From the human T2T-CHM13v2.0 reference genome, Homo sapiens, in the NCBI RefSeq assembly GCF_009914755.1, contig NC_060927.1: a DNA stretch of 64,000 bases. The stretch is one strand, 5' to 3'. The notes below the pieces were generated by a model. That model saw nothing but the letters and a program-made list of their open reading frames with translations. It did not search any database and was not told where the DNA came from. Below are positions 13,028-25,800 of the stretch, in pieces. The stretch's first letter is position 1, and each line of letters starts with the position of its first letter. The translations under genes were made by a program, and so were the position numbers.

Positions 13028-13336
13028 GCCAGGCGCTGTGGCTTACACCTGTAATCCCAGCACTTTGGGAGGCTGAGGCGGGTAGATCACCTGAGGTCGG
13101 GAGTTCGAGACCAGCCTGACCAACGTGGAGAAACCCTGTCTCTACTAAAAATACAAAATTAGCCAGGCACAATGGTGCATGCCTGTAATCCCAGCTACTT
13201 GGGAAGGCTGAGACAGGCGAATCGCTTGAACTTGGGAGGCGGAGGTTGCGGTGAGCCAAGATCGCGCCATTGTACTCCAGCCTGGGCAACAGAGCGAAAC
13301 TCTGTCTCAAAAAAAAAAAGAAAAGAAAAGAAAAAA
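13028..13336 (+). mobile_element. AluSp-like with 16-bp TSD
   Basis: TSD agaaagtagccaagag at 13011-13026 and 13337-13352. Confidence 0.95.
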
Positions 13337-14292
13337 AGAAAGTAGCCAAGAGGTTTGTCTGTGGGCCAAGCCCTGCCAGTGTGGGACACACTGCGATGAG
13401 TCAGACCTCAGGTCTTCCTATTATGGCGTCTGGTGGGAGAGGCACACCCCATCCTTAGGCTAGACCTTAGGCTCAGGGTGGAGAAAGCCGTGGTAGAGCC
13501 TGGCCCAGGCTTGAGGAAGGCTTTCTGGAATAGGTAGTCCTCTTTTCAGATCAGGGAAGCACCCACTTGCTGCCCACCATCCCCAGCTCCCTGAGCCAGT
13601 CTTTCCTGAGACCTGGGGTCCCAGGAGTCCTGACCCTCTGGGGGGCTTCTCTGCCCACATCCAAAGGGATGCCTTTGAGAAGGAGCTACACTGCCCTTTC
13701 CTTGTCTCATGCCTGGCTACTCAGGTGTCCCACTCCACTGCTGGTTAGAAAAATTTTGGCCATTGGACGGCAGGAGCCTTCCACCCTTTACCCCTACCCT
13801 ATGTTGGTTTACAGGCATAGTCCTTGCAGGCAGTGGCTGGGTAGGCAAGGCTTGAAACCCTCTTGTTTCCAAAGTGACAGTGTCTGAAAATGTCCTCCTG
13901 CTGCCAGGGCAGGTACAGTGCAGTCAGGCACCTCCCTCTGCACCCATGCCTGTTGACCTATGCCTGTGTATGCCACAGCCCTCAGGTCCTTAGTCAGGAC
14001 CATGTCCCCCCATGGCCCATCTCCTCCAAAAGAGGGAATTCCCTGTCCCTTTGGCCTAGGAGCCTCCCTGGGGGCCTCTCAAGCCCAGCTCTGTGAGGAG
14101 GCTGGGGACACACCAGCTCCTGATTCTTGGCCACCATGAAACCACAGGCCAGGCTCAGGTGGGGCCTTGACCCCAGGCCTCAGTTTCCTCATGGGACACT
14201 TGTGAGGATTTAACAGATTAATACAGGAAAAACTCTGGGAGCAGGGTCAGGCCAGAGGGAGTGGACAGGAACTATCAGGTATGGTTCTTAGC

Positions 14293-14594
14293 TTTTTTCT
14301 TTTGAGATGGAGTGTTGCTCTGTCTCCCAGGCTGGAGTGCAGTGGCGCGATCCTGATCCACTGCAACCTCTACCTCCCGGGCTCAAGCAATTCTCCCTCT
14401 CACCTCAGCCTTCTGAGTAGCTGGGACTAGAGACATCCGCCACCATGCCCATGCCTGGCAAATTTTCACACCTTTAGCAGAGACGGGGTTTCACCATGTT
14501 GGCCAGGCTGGTCTCAAACTCCAAACTCAAGTGATCTGTCCACCTTAGCCTCACAAAGTGTTGGGATTACAGGCATGAGCCACCGTGCCCAGCC
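14293..14594 (-). mobile_element. Alu (older, antisense)
   Basis: Alu consensus; flanking gttcttagc duplication. Confidence 0.92.
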
Positions 14595-14937
14595 AGTTCT
14601 TAGCATTTCTGTAAGCACAGAATGGGAGGATGTCTGTAAAGGGCTTAGCTGGGGTTGATTGAACACTTAACATGAAACAGGTGTGGATTAGTGCATTTAA
14701 TCCCCACCACATCCCCACGAGGTGGGCTATCCTCAACTGGGCTCAGATGTACAGATGGGGAAGCTGAGGCCTGGAGGGGCAGGGTGACTTGGCCATGCCC
14801 CAGCTGACATGAAGGTCAGTCTGGCTTTGGCTACCTCCCCTTCCTACGTTCACAAGGGTAACTGCTTAGGCCTCTGTACCAAGACCCCCAGGAGCCACGT
14901 TGGCACCGACTCTGATCCAGATCCCTCTGCTTCACAG

Positions 14938-15072
14938 GAACTGGTTGAGTGGGTGCTGGAAGAGGTGGCCCAGAGGTCCCATGCTGTGGGATCCCCAGGC
15001 AGCCCCCTCATTCTGGAGGTGGGCTGCGGATCAGGAGCCATCTCCCTCAGCCTGCTGAGCCAGCTCCCCCAG
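14938..15072 (+). CDS. HEMK1: HEMK1 coding exon 4 (SAM-binding motif I, LEVGCGSG)
   Basis: ttcacag| ... CAG|gtgagc; 135 nt. Confidence 0.96.
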
Positions 15073-15394
15073 GTGAGCCCCTCCACCCACTCTGGATAGA
15101 CTGTGACTGACACTCACTGTCCCTCCCATTAGTGCTTCCCCCGCATCCCTCTGCTAGGAGCGCTTGAGGGGAAGCAGCTGGATGAGGGAGGACAGGGCTG
15201 CCCCTAGCCCACTGTGGTTCACAGACTCTAACGCCTACCACATCTATCTGGCTAGACTTTGGCCAAGAAGAAAAGGCTGTTGGGTATTTCCCTTCTCTTC
15301 TGGTGGGGGGTTGGAGGAGGGTCCCCCAGGCCCAGTATCTTCCAGCATCTCTCAGCATTGCCTTCCACATATCCTCTGTTTGTTCTTGGGACAG

Positions 15395-15459
15395 AGCCGA
15401 GTCATTGCTGTGGATAAGCGGGAAGCTGCTATCTCTCTGACCCATGAGAATGCTCAGAG
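15395..15459 (+). CDS. HEMK1: HEMK1 coding exon 5 ([10 protein letters not shown]...ENAQ)
   Basis: acag| ... AG|gtaggt; 65 nt; acidic residue ending strand beta-2. Confidence 0.94.
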
Positions 15460-15711
15460 GTAGGTGGGGGAGTTGCACTTTGGGGCCTAATCTTGACTCC
15501 TTTTCAGGTTTCAAACTCACCAATGTCTGATTTCTACTCCCAAGAAGGAGGAAGCAGTGGGGTAGCCTGGCATGGGTCCCATGGGGTTCTGAATGGGTAG
15601 TGGGCAGTGAGTATCTTGCCAGTCCAAGAAGGGTTGACTATAAGACCTCATTCTTGTAGTGAAGGGTAGGGGTCTGCCCCCGTGCCTACCCCTTTCTCCC
15701 TGTCTGTGTAG

Positions 15712-15761
15712 GCTTCGGTTGCAGGACAGGATTTGGATCATCCACCTCGACATGACCTCAG
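15712..15761 (+). CDS. HEMK1: HEMK1 coding exon 6 (LRLQDRIWIIHLDMTS)
   Basis: tgtgtag| ... CAG|gtaccc; 50 nt; frame-consistent. Confidence 0.92.
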
Positions 15762-16706
15762 GTACCCTCCCCTGCATGTTCCTTGAGAGAGGGAGACTAG
15801 ATGCAGGTGCTGCTGGGTGGATGAGGCACTCCGTGGAGATGGAGGGAGAGCTCCCCCAACAGCCACACAGCCACACACAACACACACACATACACGTGTG
15901 TGTGTGCACGTTTGTGGCAGCTCAAACGAAGCCTTGGCTGAGGACAGACAAGGTGCTTTTGCCTCCTAGGCTGACCTGACCCATAAGGGACCAGCCACAG
16001 AGAACTTCCGAATTCCTCACAACCAATGAGTTAAGGGCTTGCTTGTTGGCAACAGATAAGCAAAAGCTTAAAATAATGCCTTCAGGACCAAAATACTTGA
16101 GTGCCCCTTTCCCCCTGCCTGGCAGGGGAAGTGGTCCAGGCACTGCACAGCTCAGCTATAGCCTTTACAGTGTCTCCAGGCCTCCAACTCCAGTTCTGGC
16201 TCCATTGCCTTACCCGTGGGATCCTTGAGCCTCAGTGCCCCCTCCATGGAATGTGATATACTTGGTGTAGCACCTGGCACAGGGTGAAACCAGTAGTCAG
16301 AGCCATCAGGAATTGGCTGATGAGGCCAGGCCTACCCTCCATGTACTCTCAGTCCATGTTGGCTATAAGGCTAGTGGAGCTACAGAAGAGAAAGGCTCTT
16401 TTCTGCCTAGGCAATCAGGGAGGACGCCCTGGAAGTGGCACTTGAACAGAGTCTTGCATAATAAGGAGGATTTTTGGCAAGGACACTCTATGCCTTGAAA
16501 TGAAGGGCTGCCATGTTAAAGCATGCACATTCCCCACCAGGCTGCCAGCTGGGGACCCTGGGCACTAATTTGCAGGTCTGGCTTATCAGATCCAGAGGCA
16601 GGCCCAAGGTGTGGCATGGTGAGAGGGACATGGTGGCAGGTGGAGCTATCATCCTTTACCTCCCAATGGGTTAGTCCCTACTGTGTGTCCTCTTCTTTGA
16701 CGACAG

Positions 16707-16812
16707 AAAGGAGCTGGACACACCTGCCCTGGGGCCCCATGGACCTGATTGTCAGCAACCCTCCCTACGTCTTCCACCAGGACATGGAGCAGCTGGCCCC
16801 TGAGATCCGCAG
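16707..16812 (+). CDS. HEMK1: HEMK1 coding exon 7 (DLIVSNPPY catalytic motif)
   Basis: NPPY motif of N5-glutamine methyltransferases; gacag| ... CAG|gtgcta. Confidence 0.96.
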
Positions 16813-17729
16813 GTGCTAAGCAGGGTGGGCCAGGGAGGCCAGGCCTGAAAAGGCCTGATGGGATTAGTCTGCCCTCGAGGACCACACCATCTGGAGGGAC
16901 AGGGGAGTTGGTGCTGAAATGGGCAATGGTGTTAAGTTGACGCACTCGAGAGCCCACAGTCCTACCTAGATTCAGCTTCTACCTTCCTACTTCCTTACTT
17001 CCTACTAAAACTACTGGACAGCCACCGAACCTCTCTGGACCTGTTTCCTGCCTCTAGAAAAAGAGAGGTAGTGCTCTGCAGGGCCACGGGAGGACTCAGT
17101 AACGACTTGAAAGCATCAAACACAGTGGAGGGCTCATACGGGGTGCTCAGTAGATGGGCGCATCATTTTATAGAATACTGAGGCCCAGAGAGGGAAGGTG
17201 TCTTGTCTGTGGTCGCATGGGGGCTCAGTGGGAAAGCTGGGACTAAAAGCTGGCCCCAGGCTAGCTTTGTGCCAGGCCATCCTGCTCTTACACAGGGGCT
17301 GAGAACCAGGGGCAGCCCAGGAGTCCTGGATGGGGCAGCAGTCATGTTGGATGGGGCTGGGGTGTTGGCTCTCCCTTTCTGGGCTCTCAGGAGTGGTCAG
17401 GGCTAGCCCCAGATCTCCCAGACCAAGAAGAGGAGCAGCCTGTGGGGAGACACTCATGCCCTGACATGAGTCAGTGCATCAAGAGAGGCCATCAGCCAGT
17501 GGGATTCAGCAAGCATGCCTGGCGCTGCCTGGTAGGGTGCTGCCCATGGGAGGAAGAGAAGAGGAGCTGCCACCCATTTGGGGCCCTCCTTCTCTGGGTC
17601 CTCAGATTTGCCCTTCAGCCCAGAGTGTAAGTTCCACAGGGCCCCATTCATGGAGGCCTTGCCCATGCCCTCCATGCATTTCAGATACCCCTTTCTCAGG
17701 CTGTCACCTCCCACTGCTTTGCCTTTCAG

Positions 17730-17825
17730 CTATGAAGACCCCGCGGCCCTGGATGGTGGGGAGGAGGGCATGGACATCATTACCCACATTCTGGCCTTGG
17801 CACCCCGGCTCCTGAAAGACTCTGG
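17730..17825 (+). CDS. HEMK1: HEMK1 coding exon 8 ([13 protein letters not shown]...)
   Basis: HemK-family ALDGGxxG motif; tttcag| ... TGG|gtatga. Confidence 0.95.
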
Positions 17826-18001
17826 GTATGAATGGGATGGGTCTCCTAGGTCTGTCCCCAGCAGGCTCCTCTGCTCCTAATGTGTACTGGGCAGGCCCTG
17901 GCAGAGGTCAGCACAGGACCCTCACCTCGCCAGCCCAAGCAGCCCAGAAGGGCAGGTGCCAGACCTGTCCTGCTGAGCCCACCCATTTCTCCCCCATGTA
18001 G

Positions 18002-18115
18002 TAGTATCTTCTTAGAAGTGGACCCAAGGCACCCGGAGCTTGTCAGCAGCTGGCTTCAGAGCCGGCCTGACCTGTACCTTAATCTTGTGGCTGTGCGCAG
18101 GGACTTCTGTGGGAG
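18002..18115 (+). CDS. HEMK1: HEMK1 coding exon 9 (SIFLEVDP...RDFCG)
   Basis: atgtag| ... GAG|gtaaga; 114 nt. Confidence 0.93.
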
Positions 18116-18266
18116 GTAAGATCCTAGCCCCCTTTAGCCCTGTAGCATGCTGGTCTTTCCACTGGGGCCATCCTCAGCCCTGGCTGTCAGGAGAGTGTGC
18201 TGTTCCCACTTCCTGTTCATTCCCTGAGGCCCAGGTGGTAACCAGCCCCTGTCCCTGTCTCCTCAG

Positions 18267-18303
18267 GCCCCGGTTCCTGCATATCCGGAGGTCTGGGCCA
18301 TAG
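18267..18303 (+). CDS. HEMK1: HEMK1 last coding exon (PRFLHIRRSGP*)
   Basis: ctcctcag|; TAG at 18301-18303; the exons sum to 1017 nt = 338 aa + stop. Confidence 0.93.
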
Positions 18304-18537
18304 CATGGCTGCCCTGTGGATGCCTTGTCAGTGCCGCCAGCCTGACCAGAGGGGAGGTGGATGGCACTTTCCAGAGCCCAGGTTCTTATGGCATTTCCCA
18401 GGGTTCTGTGATTTCCCCATGCTCTGCATTTCTAGGATATTTCTAGGACACCTGGATTGGCTCCATCACATCAGAGTGGCTGAGGGCAGTTGCTCTGTGT
18501 TGGTGAAATTGCTGTGGGGGTATCGGGGGATATGGCC

Positions 18538-18543
18538 AGTAAA
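18538..18543 (+). terminator. Candidate proximal HEMK1 poly(A) signal (AGTAAA variant)
   Basis: AGTAAA 235 nt after the stop, with GU-rich tgttttgt about 30 nt downstream. Confidence 0.45.
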
Positions 18544-20329
18544 GTATTGAGAGACTAACAAATGGTGACCTAATGTTTTGTCCATGACTTGCAGGTCCCC
18601 TGACCCCCTTACTCCCAGGTAGCACTGGGGCAAGGGTTTCCTTCTGCCCCAGCAGGGCTGGCCGTCAGTCCCCTGCTTGGTAGTGGTGTGGGGGTGCAGT
18701 GTGGAGGAAGGCACGTGAGTCCTCACTCCTGGCCTTGGATACCATGGGTCCTGGCATAGAGCAGCTCACTCCCAGGGATTGATTAGTCCTCCACTGCCCT
18801 GGGTGCATGCGTACACAATTCCCTGGCCAAGCCTGGCTCGAGCACAGGAAGCTCATCTGCGTTTTGGCTCAAGGATGACTGCCTGCTTTCTGGAGGGGAG
18901 GGTCTGGAGGTCTTTGCTGCACAGTTCCTGGGTCGCACATCCACGTTCATTTAACTGAAGGCTTGAGCCAGTGAGGGGTGTTTCCTTTTTATCCCCATAG
19001 CTTTTAGCTAAAACATCCCTCCCGAGTTGACCCCCTGGGGTTTCAAATAACCCATGTGTCCCTGGTTGGGGCTGGGGAGAGTGAGAAGCTGAGATACTGG
19101 GCACAGGGTTGTGGCCTCCACCCCAGCTCTGGTCTGTGCAGACTCATGGCCACCAGGAGGCCTGCAGATCCAGCCTTCCTGTCAACAGCGACAGGAAATC
19201 TCTAGGTTGGTGAGTGCTGGTGATGTGAGCCTACATCAGGGTGGGTCCTAAGAAACATGGCAAACCAGGCTGTCTCATTCCACTAGACTGCCCCCTGCCA
19301 CCCTGGCACTTCCCAGGGCCTGGCAGTATGGTCTGATGGGCAGTATGGTCCAATAGGCAGCATCCTCTGCTGCAGCTGGGAGAGCTGAGTTCCAGGGCTG
19401 TGTCCTGCAGTGGGACCTTGGGCAACTCCTTTCCCTATGAGAAGCTGGCTCTTCTGAGTCCAGGGCCAACGCCAACTGGCAACCTCTTTACTCTTAGTCA
19501 AGTGGAATGTGCATGCTGGCATCTGAATGTCCATTCGCCAGGCATGGAGAGCAAGAGAAGGTATGTACTGCCTGAGGTCACATGACAGTGACCAAGTGGA
19601 GACAGTAAGTTAGATCCCTCCCTTTGGGGAGCCTATATTGCTGGAGTCATACCCAGCCTAAGTGTTGCCCTGCACTATGGCTGGAGGACACATTTGGTAG
19701 AGGTCACACTGCAGCTCCCAGTGCCCCAGTGTCCTGCCCTGTGCCCAGCCCCAGCTGCATGGACTCTGAGCTGCCCCTGGCTTCCTTTAAGGAGGCTGCT
19801 CCAGAAGGAACCTGGGTGGGGAGGGCGAAGGGGGTGCACAACCAGGGCAAGGCTCCCCACTTCCTTAGTCCCCCATGCTCACAGACCTTTGCCTGCTAAG
19901 GTCCTCACCAGTATTGCCCTTTCTGTCTTTCTCCTTGTGCCCTTTGGCTCTTGCTGTCTTCAGCAGCATCTCAGGGTAGCTGCCCTGACCTCGGAGCAGT
20001 CTGTCGCCCCCCTACACCTCAGCCAGTCCTGGCTTCCCTGATGGTCTCTCCCTCCTGGCCTCAGGCCCATTCCTGAGGAAGGGCCTTGGCGAGCTTGTGG
20101 ATGTTGCACCAGAAGAGAGTGCAGTGTTGGAGAGTGACACTGTCGGGGCAGCTGGGGCCACAAGCAGGAGCCGGCCTCGGGCACAACTTTCTGCCCAGAA
20201 AAATGTGCAGCTTGACTCTGCTGAGGAAAAGGTCCAAGCCAAGAGGACTGGCAGGCGGGGCCTCAAGCCTGCAGCCACTGGCTTGATTGGGCCCTGGACG
20301 TTGAGCCCAGATGTTGGAGCCACACCAGC

Positions 20330-20490
20330 CTGGATTTCAATCCCAGAATCTGCCCCTCACCAGGATGTGACCTTGGGCAGATGACTTCACCTCACTCAGC
20401 CTTGGCTTCTAAGGCTGAGAAATGGGACTTAATGCTTTATTTTATAGGATGCATGTGAGGAGCCCATGGAATGTGCCTGGCTTGGCACAT
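20330..20490. mobile_element. MIR fragment, representative of many others (e.g. near 4205-4330, 14690-14800, 42745-42880, 51570-51740, 55850-55970)
   Basis: MIR core: gtgaccttgggca..tgacttcacctc...cagcctt...aaatggg; others carry gaaactgaggc or cagtttcctcatctg. Confidence 0.65.
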
Positions 20491-22218
20491 TGTGGCATTT
20501 TTCCTTGCCTTCCTCGGAGGGCAGACACAGGGAGGAAGGACCCAGTGCCCTCAGGCGTCCATCTGATGCATGGGACCAACATAAGGCAGGCAGGGATACA
20601 AGGCAGTCTGGAAAGAAGGGAAGGCAGGAGTTTCAGTCTTGGGCTCTTGACTCCTCACTGTTGTCTAGAGATGGAGCCAGCAGGCTGGTAGCCTGGCAGC
20701 CTACATCTCCCCTCAGCCTCTCCTCACTATGGCCCCAGTGCCTTGAGGCCCAGGCCAGGGCAGCCAGTGGCTCTAGCTCAGGGAAAGCCAGGCCCACCTG
20801 CCCTATCCCCTCCCTTGCTCCTGAGGCCAAAGCCAGAGACTCGAACAGCCTCCCCACCACCACCAGCATATGTCAAGGAGCACTTGCAGGCAGAATGGGA
20901 GGAGGACATGGAGCTGATGGAGTCCAGGCTGTGCAAGCCCCTGAGGTCTTGAGAGATGTGCCCACTGCCCGTGCAGCCTCCTTCAGCCAGAGCCCAGAGC
21001 ATAGACAGGAGTGTAGGAGTCCCTGTTTGATGTACTCTGGGAGAGTAATTCTATCTCCTCTTCTGATAGTTGGGGAAACTGAGGCCTTGTCTCACAGTTG
21101 GATGCTTTTCCCAGTTGTCAGTGGGTTTCTCCATGGGTCTCATACAGCTGCCTTATTGAAATAGGCCCCGAACCCCCTAAATGCAAAAAATACTCTTTTT
21201 TGCTCCTTTACCCCCACCTGGACCCTGGGCTATTGGCTGCTCCCAATCCTTGCCCCAAACACTTAGCTGGCTCCCCATGACTTAAGTGTGTTCTCTTGTG
21301 TCCTATGGAATCCAGTTCTGAAGAGGTGGGGGAGGACAACTGTGGGAAAAGCCCTGGGGGCCCCTCCCAAGGCCCCATCAGTGCTCTGAGTAGGCTGTCA
21401 TCAGAACAAAGGGCTCCACTGCTGACAAGGTTTGAGAACTGCTGGCTTGAGGTGAGAACCCCTTTAACCTCTGCGGGACAGCATGTCTTTCCCTATCCAC
21501 CTTCGATTCTTTTCTCTTTTTTTTCTTCATTGGCTCCTTCTTAGTGGATTCTCTTCTCTACTGCCCTGGGCTTCAGCCTTTGTGCAGTACTCTCGATGCC
21601 CTGAACACACACCTTCCCTTTGCCCAGGCGGTGCAAACAATCCACTTCTTCAAGCTCCAACACAAATGCTGCCTCCTTTAGGATGCCTGCTCTGTGCTCT
21701 CCCTGCCTCCCCTAGCCCATACCTCTGCTGGCACCTTCTGTACCATGCCTTCAGAAACCTTCTTATCCCCCTCATCTCTGGGGCCCCCTGTGGATCTGGC
21801 ATACCCAAGTTCAGTAAATGTCTATCAGTAAGCTGATGGTACATGCATTTTCTAGAATAGAGCTGGGACTTCCCATGTGGCCCACATCTGACCTGGCAGC
21901 CCATGTATTCCGGTCATTAGGGATGGGAAGCCATGAGGACCTGGCCTTCTGCCCGACCCAGGCAGCCATTCAAGTTGAGCAATGGCCACTTCGAAGACTC
22001 AAGTGCACCTGATCCCTGCGCAACAGCCACACCAGGAGAACAGGCTGTCCTTGGCGGCAGTAGGAGCAGGCGCCAGGTTTCCTGGAGCTCTTGGCTTCAG
22101 CCAGCCCCCAGCCAGAGTCCTGGCTAGGACAGTGACCTGATCTCCTCCTCATGACCTTCTGCCCTGGACAAGCCCCCTGAACTGGATTTGGGACTGTCAA
22201 AGCAACTCTACCCCTGCT

Positions 22219-22815
22219 CTGGTAGGCTGAACAGTGACCCCCCAAAATGGCAGTGTCTTAATCACCTAAACCTTAACATGTGACTATATTACCTTCACAT
22301 AGCAAAATGGACTTTGCAGATGTGATTAAGGATCTTGAGATGGAAGGAGTATCCTGGATTTTTCAGGTAAACTGAGTATAATCACAAGGGCCTCTGTAAA
22401 GGAGGCAGGAGTGTCAGAGTGACGGAAGAAAATGTATGTAACAATGGAAGCAGAGGTCAGAGTGATGCAATTGCTGGAGGAAGAGCCATGAGCCGAGGAA
22501 TGCAGACAGCCTCTTCTCCTCTGGGGCCTCAAGAAGAATGCAGTCCTGCCAATACCTTGATTTTAAGCCCTGTGAAACTGATTTCAGATTGCTGACCTCC
22601 AGAACAGTAAGATCATAAATTTGTGTTGTTTTCACATGTGTGAAAACACATGTGTGATAATTTGTTACAGCAGCCACGGGAAACGAATATAGATTGTGGT
22701 GCCCAAATTAGAGTGCTGCTGTAACACACGCCTACTGATTGAAGTGGCTTTGGAATTGCAACGTGGAAATGGGCAGAGGCTGGAAGAATTTTGAGAGTCA
22801 TGATAAATTGCCTTA
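22219..22815 (+). mobile_element. MaLR LTR (MLT1D-like, to about 22691) followed by the start of MLT internal sequence
   Basis: Matches recalled MLT1 motifs (ggactttgcagatgtgattaag, ccttgatttt, aatttgttacagcagc) and the MLT-int start (gtgctgctgtaaca...gaagtggctttggaa...agaggctggaagaattttgag). Confidence 0.8.
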
Positions 22816-25800
22816 ACCACCTCTCTTCTGATAGGTGATGTGGCCAGGGGAACTCTTCCTCAACCTTCAGACCTAAACTGCCCAGGCCCCCCCTTTTTTT
22901 ACTCATATTTGGAGAGAGGTGGCCCTTTCCCAGAGTGAGAAGACTGAAAGACTGACCAGCATGGGTCCCAGAAGGGAGTGGGTGAGGAATGGGACTGGGA
23001 TGTGGGGAGAAAGTGCAAGGCTGGCCTCCATGGCCCATCTCCAGAGACTGGGTCCAGAGAGGACCTCAGAGACTGGGACCAAGCCTGTTCCTGCTCTCCT
23101 GTGGAGTTATGTGACTGGCCCAGGACCCCTTGGGTGTGTGAGGATGAGCAGGGGCCCTGTACTCTCTGGGTTGCAGGTACTGCATCTGTGAAATGAGCAC
23201 AGCAGCCCCTGACTTTGAGCTAATGGGCCTGGCCCCTCCATGTAAGCCATAGGCCTGAGCAGAGCTGTGTCACCATTCTGTTCCTATGGTGGAGTGGGGC
23301 TATCCCTGGGGTTCTCAACCTCCTGGTTCCTAAAACTGAATTGGCCAACTGGTGCCCTCAGCCCTGTCCCTGTCCAAGCTGGGACTAGGACCTCCCTTTC
23401 CAGGGGTACTAAAGGACTCTGGAGACACCATCCCACCCAGCCAAGGCTTGGGGCTCCTGAAGCCAGTCCTAACCCAGGAGCCACATGGAGAGCTACTGGG
23501 AGGCCAGACATGGGCCTCATGCTGGGTTTCAGAGCTGAGAAGCTGGGGGACAGAGAGCATGGACACCTGGGTTCAAGGGTCAGCTTGGCCCCAAATCACC
23601 TGGATACGCTTTGGATGAAGCCAGGAGGGCCTGTTTATACTGGAAGGGGTGGATCATGGCAAGACTTATATTCAATCCCTGATCTTTTTTCCCAGAGAGG
23701 GATGGGGCTTACTTGAAGTAACACAGCACTTGACTCCTGACTCCCAGTATGATGCTCTCATCTCCTATTGCTTCCAAAGGCCTGGGGTTAGTTAATTAAG
23801 TTAATTAGGTGGTGCTCATATGGCTGTCCATGTAGCTACTAAACCCAGGGATTCTGGCCCATAAAGCCCTCTGGGCCAGGTTTATGGGCAGGTAAGAGTC
23901 ACATTAGGCCAACTGTAGCCCTGGGTGTGCAGACAGATCTGAGTCCCATCTGAAGCTCTGGTAGCTGTGGGAGGAGAGCAGGATTTCCCCCGCTTGCGGA
24001 ATGAGTGGGTGCCTTCCCCTCTGAGGTAATTGGCTGTACAGCCCCCAGCCTCTGCCCCCCAGGGCCCTCCTGAGGTGTCTGGAAGGACCTTTGGGATCTT
24101 TGGCCTCATAACCAGAAATCAGAAGCTTCAAATTCTAGAGGCCCCTTTTCTTCCAAAGACTACCTCTCACACATACAGCAGTCCTGCAGGAAAATGGTCA
24201 GGAAAGGCCAATTTTACAGCTCACAAAGTGGGAAAGGCAGGGAAGCCTACCTCAGCTTCATGGAAAGCCCTGAACTGGGCTGACCTCCACCTGCCCCAGC
24301 TATGCCTAAAGGGGGAGGGTGAGACAGCTTAGAGTAGCCATGCCCCGTGGCAGGCAGGCCTGGCTAAGTGGCCCCCTTCCCAGGGGCTGGGGTCTTCCCC
24401 AAACACTCTACCTCTCAGAGCAGAGGATGTCACCTTATTGCTCCCTCTTGTACTAGGTCTGCGGCCCTCTTCTGGGGCATGTGGCTGGGGAAATGGTGGG
24501 ATCAGATATCCCCTACTGAGCCCAGGGAGCAGATTGTTGGTGCCTGAAGCGCTCACAGAGATCCCTGTGCTACAGATGAGGAAACTGAGGCTTAGCAGGA
24601 CAGGAGCAGGGCTGGGGCACGAGCCAGGTCTCTTCTCTGGCTCACAGCTGCCAGTCCTTCCTTTGCCACCTGAAGACCCCCCACCCCACCTGGCTTTCCA
24701 GGAACAGGCCTGCCTGCCTGGAGAGGCGTCCAAGTCCCTCTGCTGTTCCTGGAAGTCAGTGTGAGGCTGAGCTACGTGACCAAGCAAAGCAAACTAGGAC
24801 TACAGGTGTGAACAACCCTGCCTGGCTAATTTTTAATTTTTTTTTTTTTTAGAAACGGGGTCTTGCTATGTTGCCAGGGCTGGCACATGGGGTTTTTAGT
24901 TGTCCCCACATTACAAAGTTGAGGACACCAAGGCTCAGCAGGGTGCAGTTGCAGGTCAGGTTGCATAGCTGGACAGGAAGGGAGGATGAGGCTGCCATTG
25001 GTGTCCATTTGACTATCAGAGACGCTGAGGCCAGCATAACTAGGTCCTGGGCTGTCCCCTGCAGAGCTTAGCGCAGAAGTTACCTGGGCTTGTGGACCCT
25101 TGGAGCAGGAGCAAGGGTTTCCAGGGCTGTCCCTAGAGGGCTTTCTAGAAGACCTGCAGCTGCTCCTGGGTGCATCTCCTGAGGTATAGGGCCAGGGCCT
25201 CAGTCTCTCAAGACCTACTTTGTGTCAGGCACCAGGGAGATGATACCAAGTGGAGGGTCCTATAGAATATGGTGCATCCTGCGCCAAGTACTTCCAGGAT
25301 TATCTTACTCAACCTTCATGACATCTTCAGAGATGGAGGCTGTGAACCCTCTCGTTATACTGACGAAGAAACAAACTGGGGCTAAGAAACTTGCTCATAG
25401 GCTGGCTGAGCTGTGATTCTGGCATAGGCTGAGTGACCTGGAGCTGGAGGCCTTAGTCATCACACCAGGCTTGAGGAGGGGCGGATAGGACAGGAATATA
25501 CCAGGCAGTAGGGACAGTCTGGACAAAAGCCTGGAGTTCTGCAGACATGCGGGTAGGGATATGTAGGGGTGAGGTGGTGCCGAGAGGTCCCCTTGGCTGA
25601 GCTCTGAATGCATTTCTGGGGACCAGGGGCCTAAAGAGCTTTTTGAGCTGAGTTACAGGGTTAGAGAAGCATTGAGGCTGCTCTTTCTGGCTGCCAGGAA
25701 AAAGGGGCTGGGGCAGGAGGCTGCAACTTGTCCAGGGTCTGGAGGTGGCTGGGGTCTGTAGCAGTGGCATCAGATATTCTGGAACAGAACTGACTCACAA

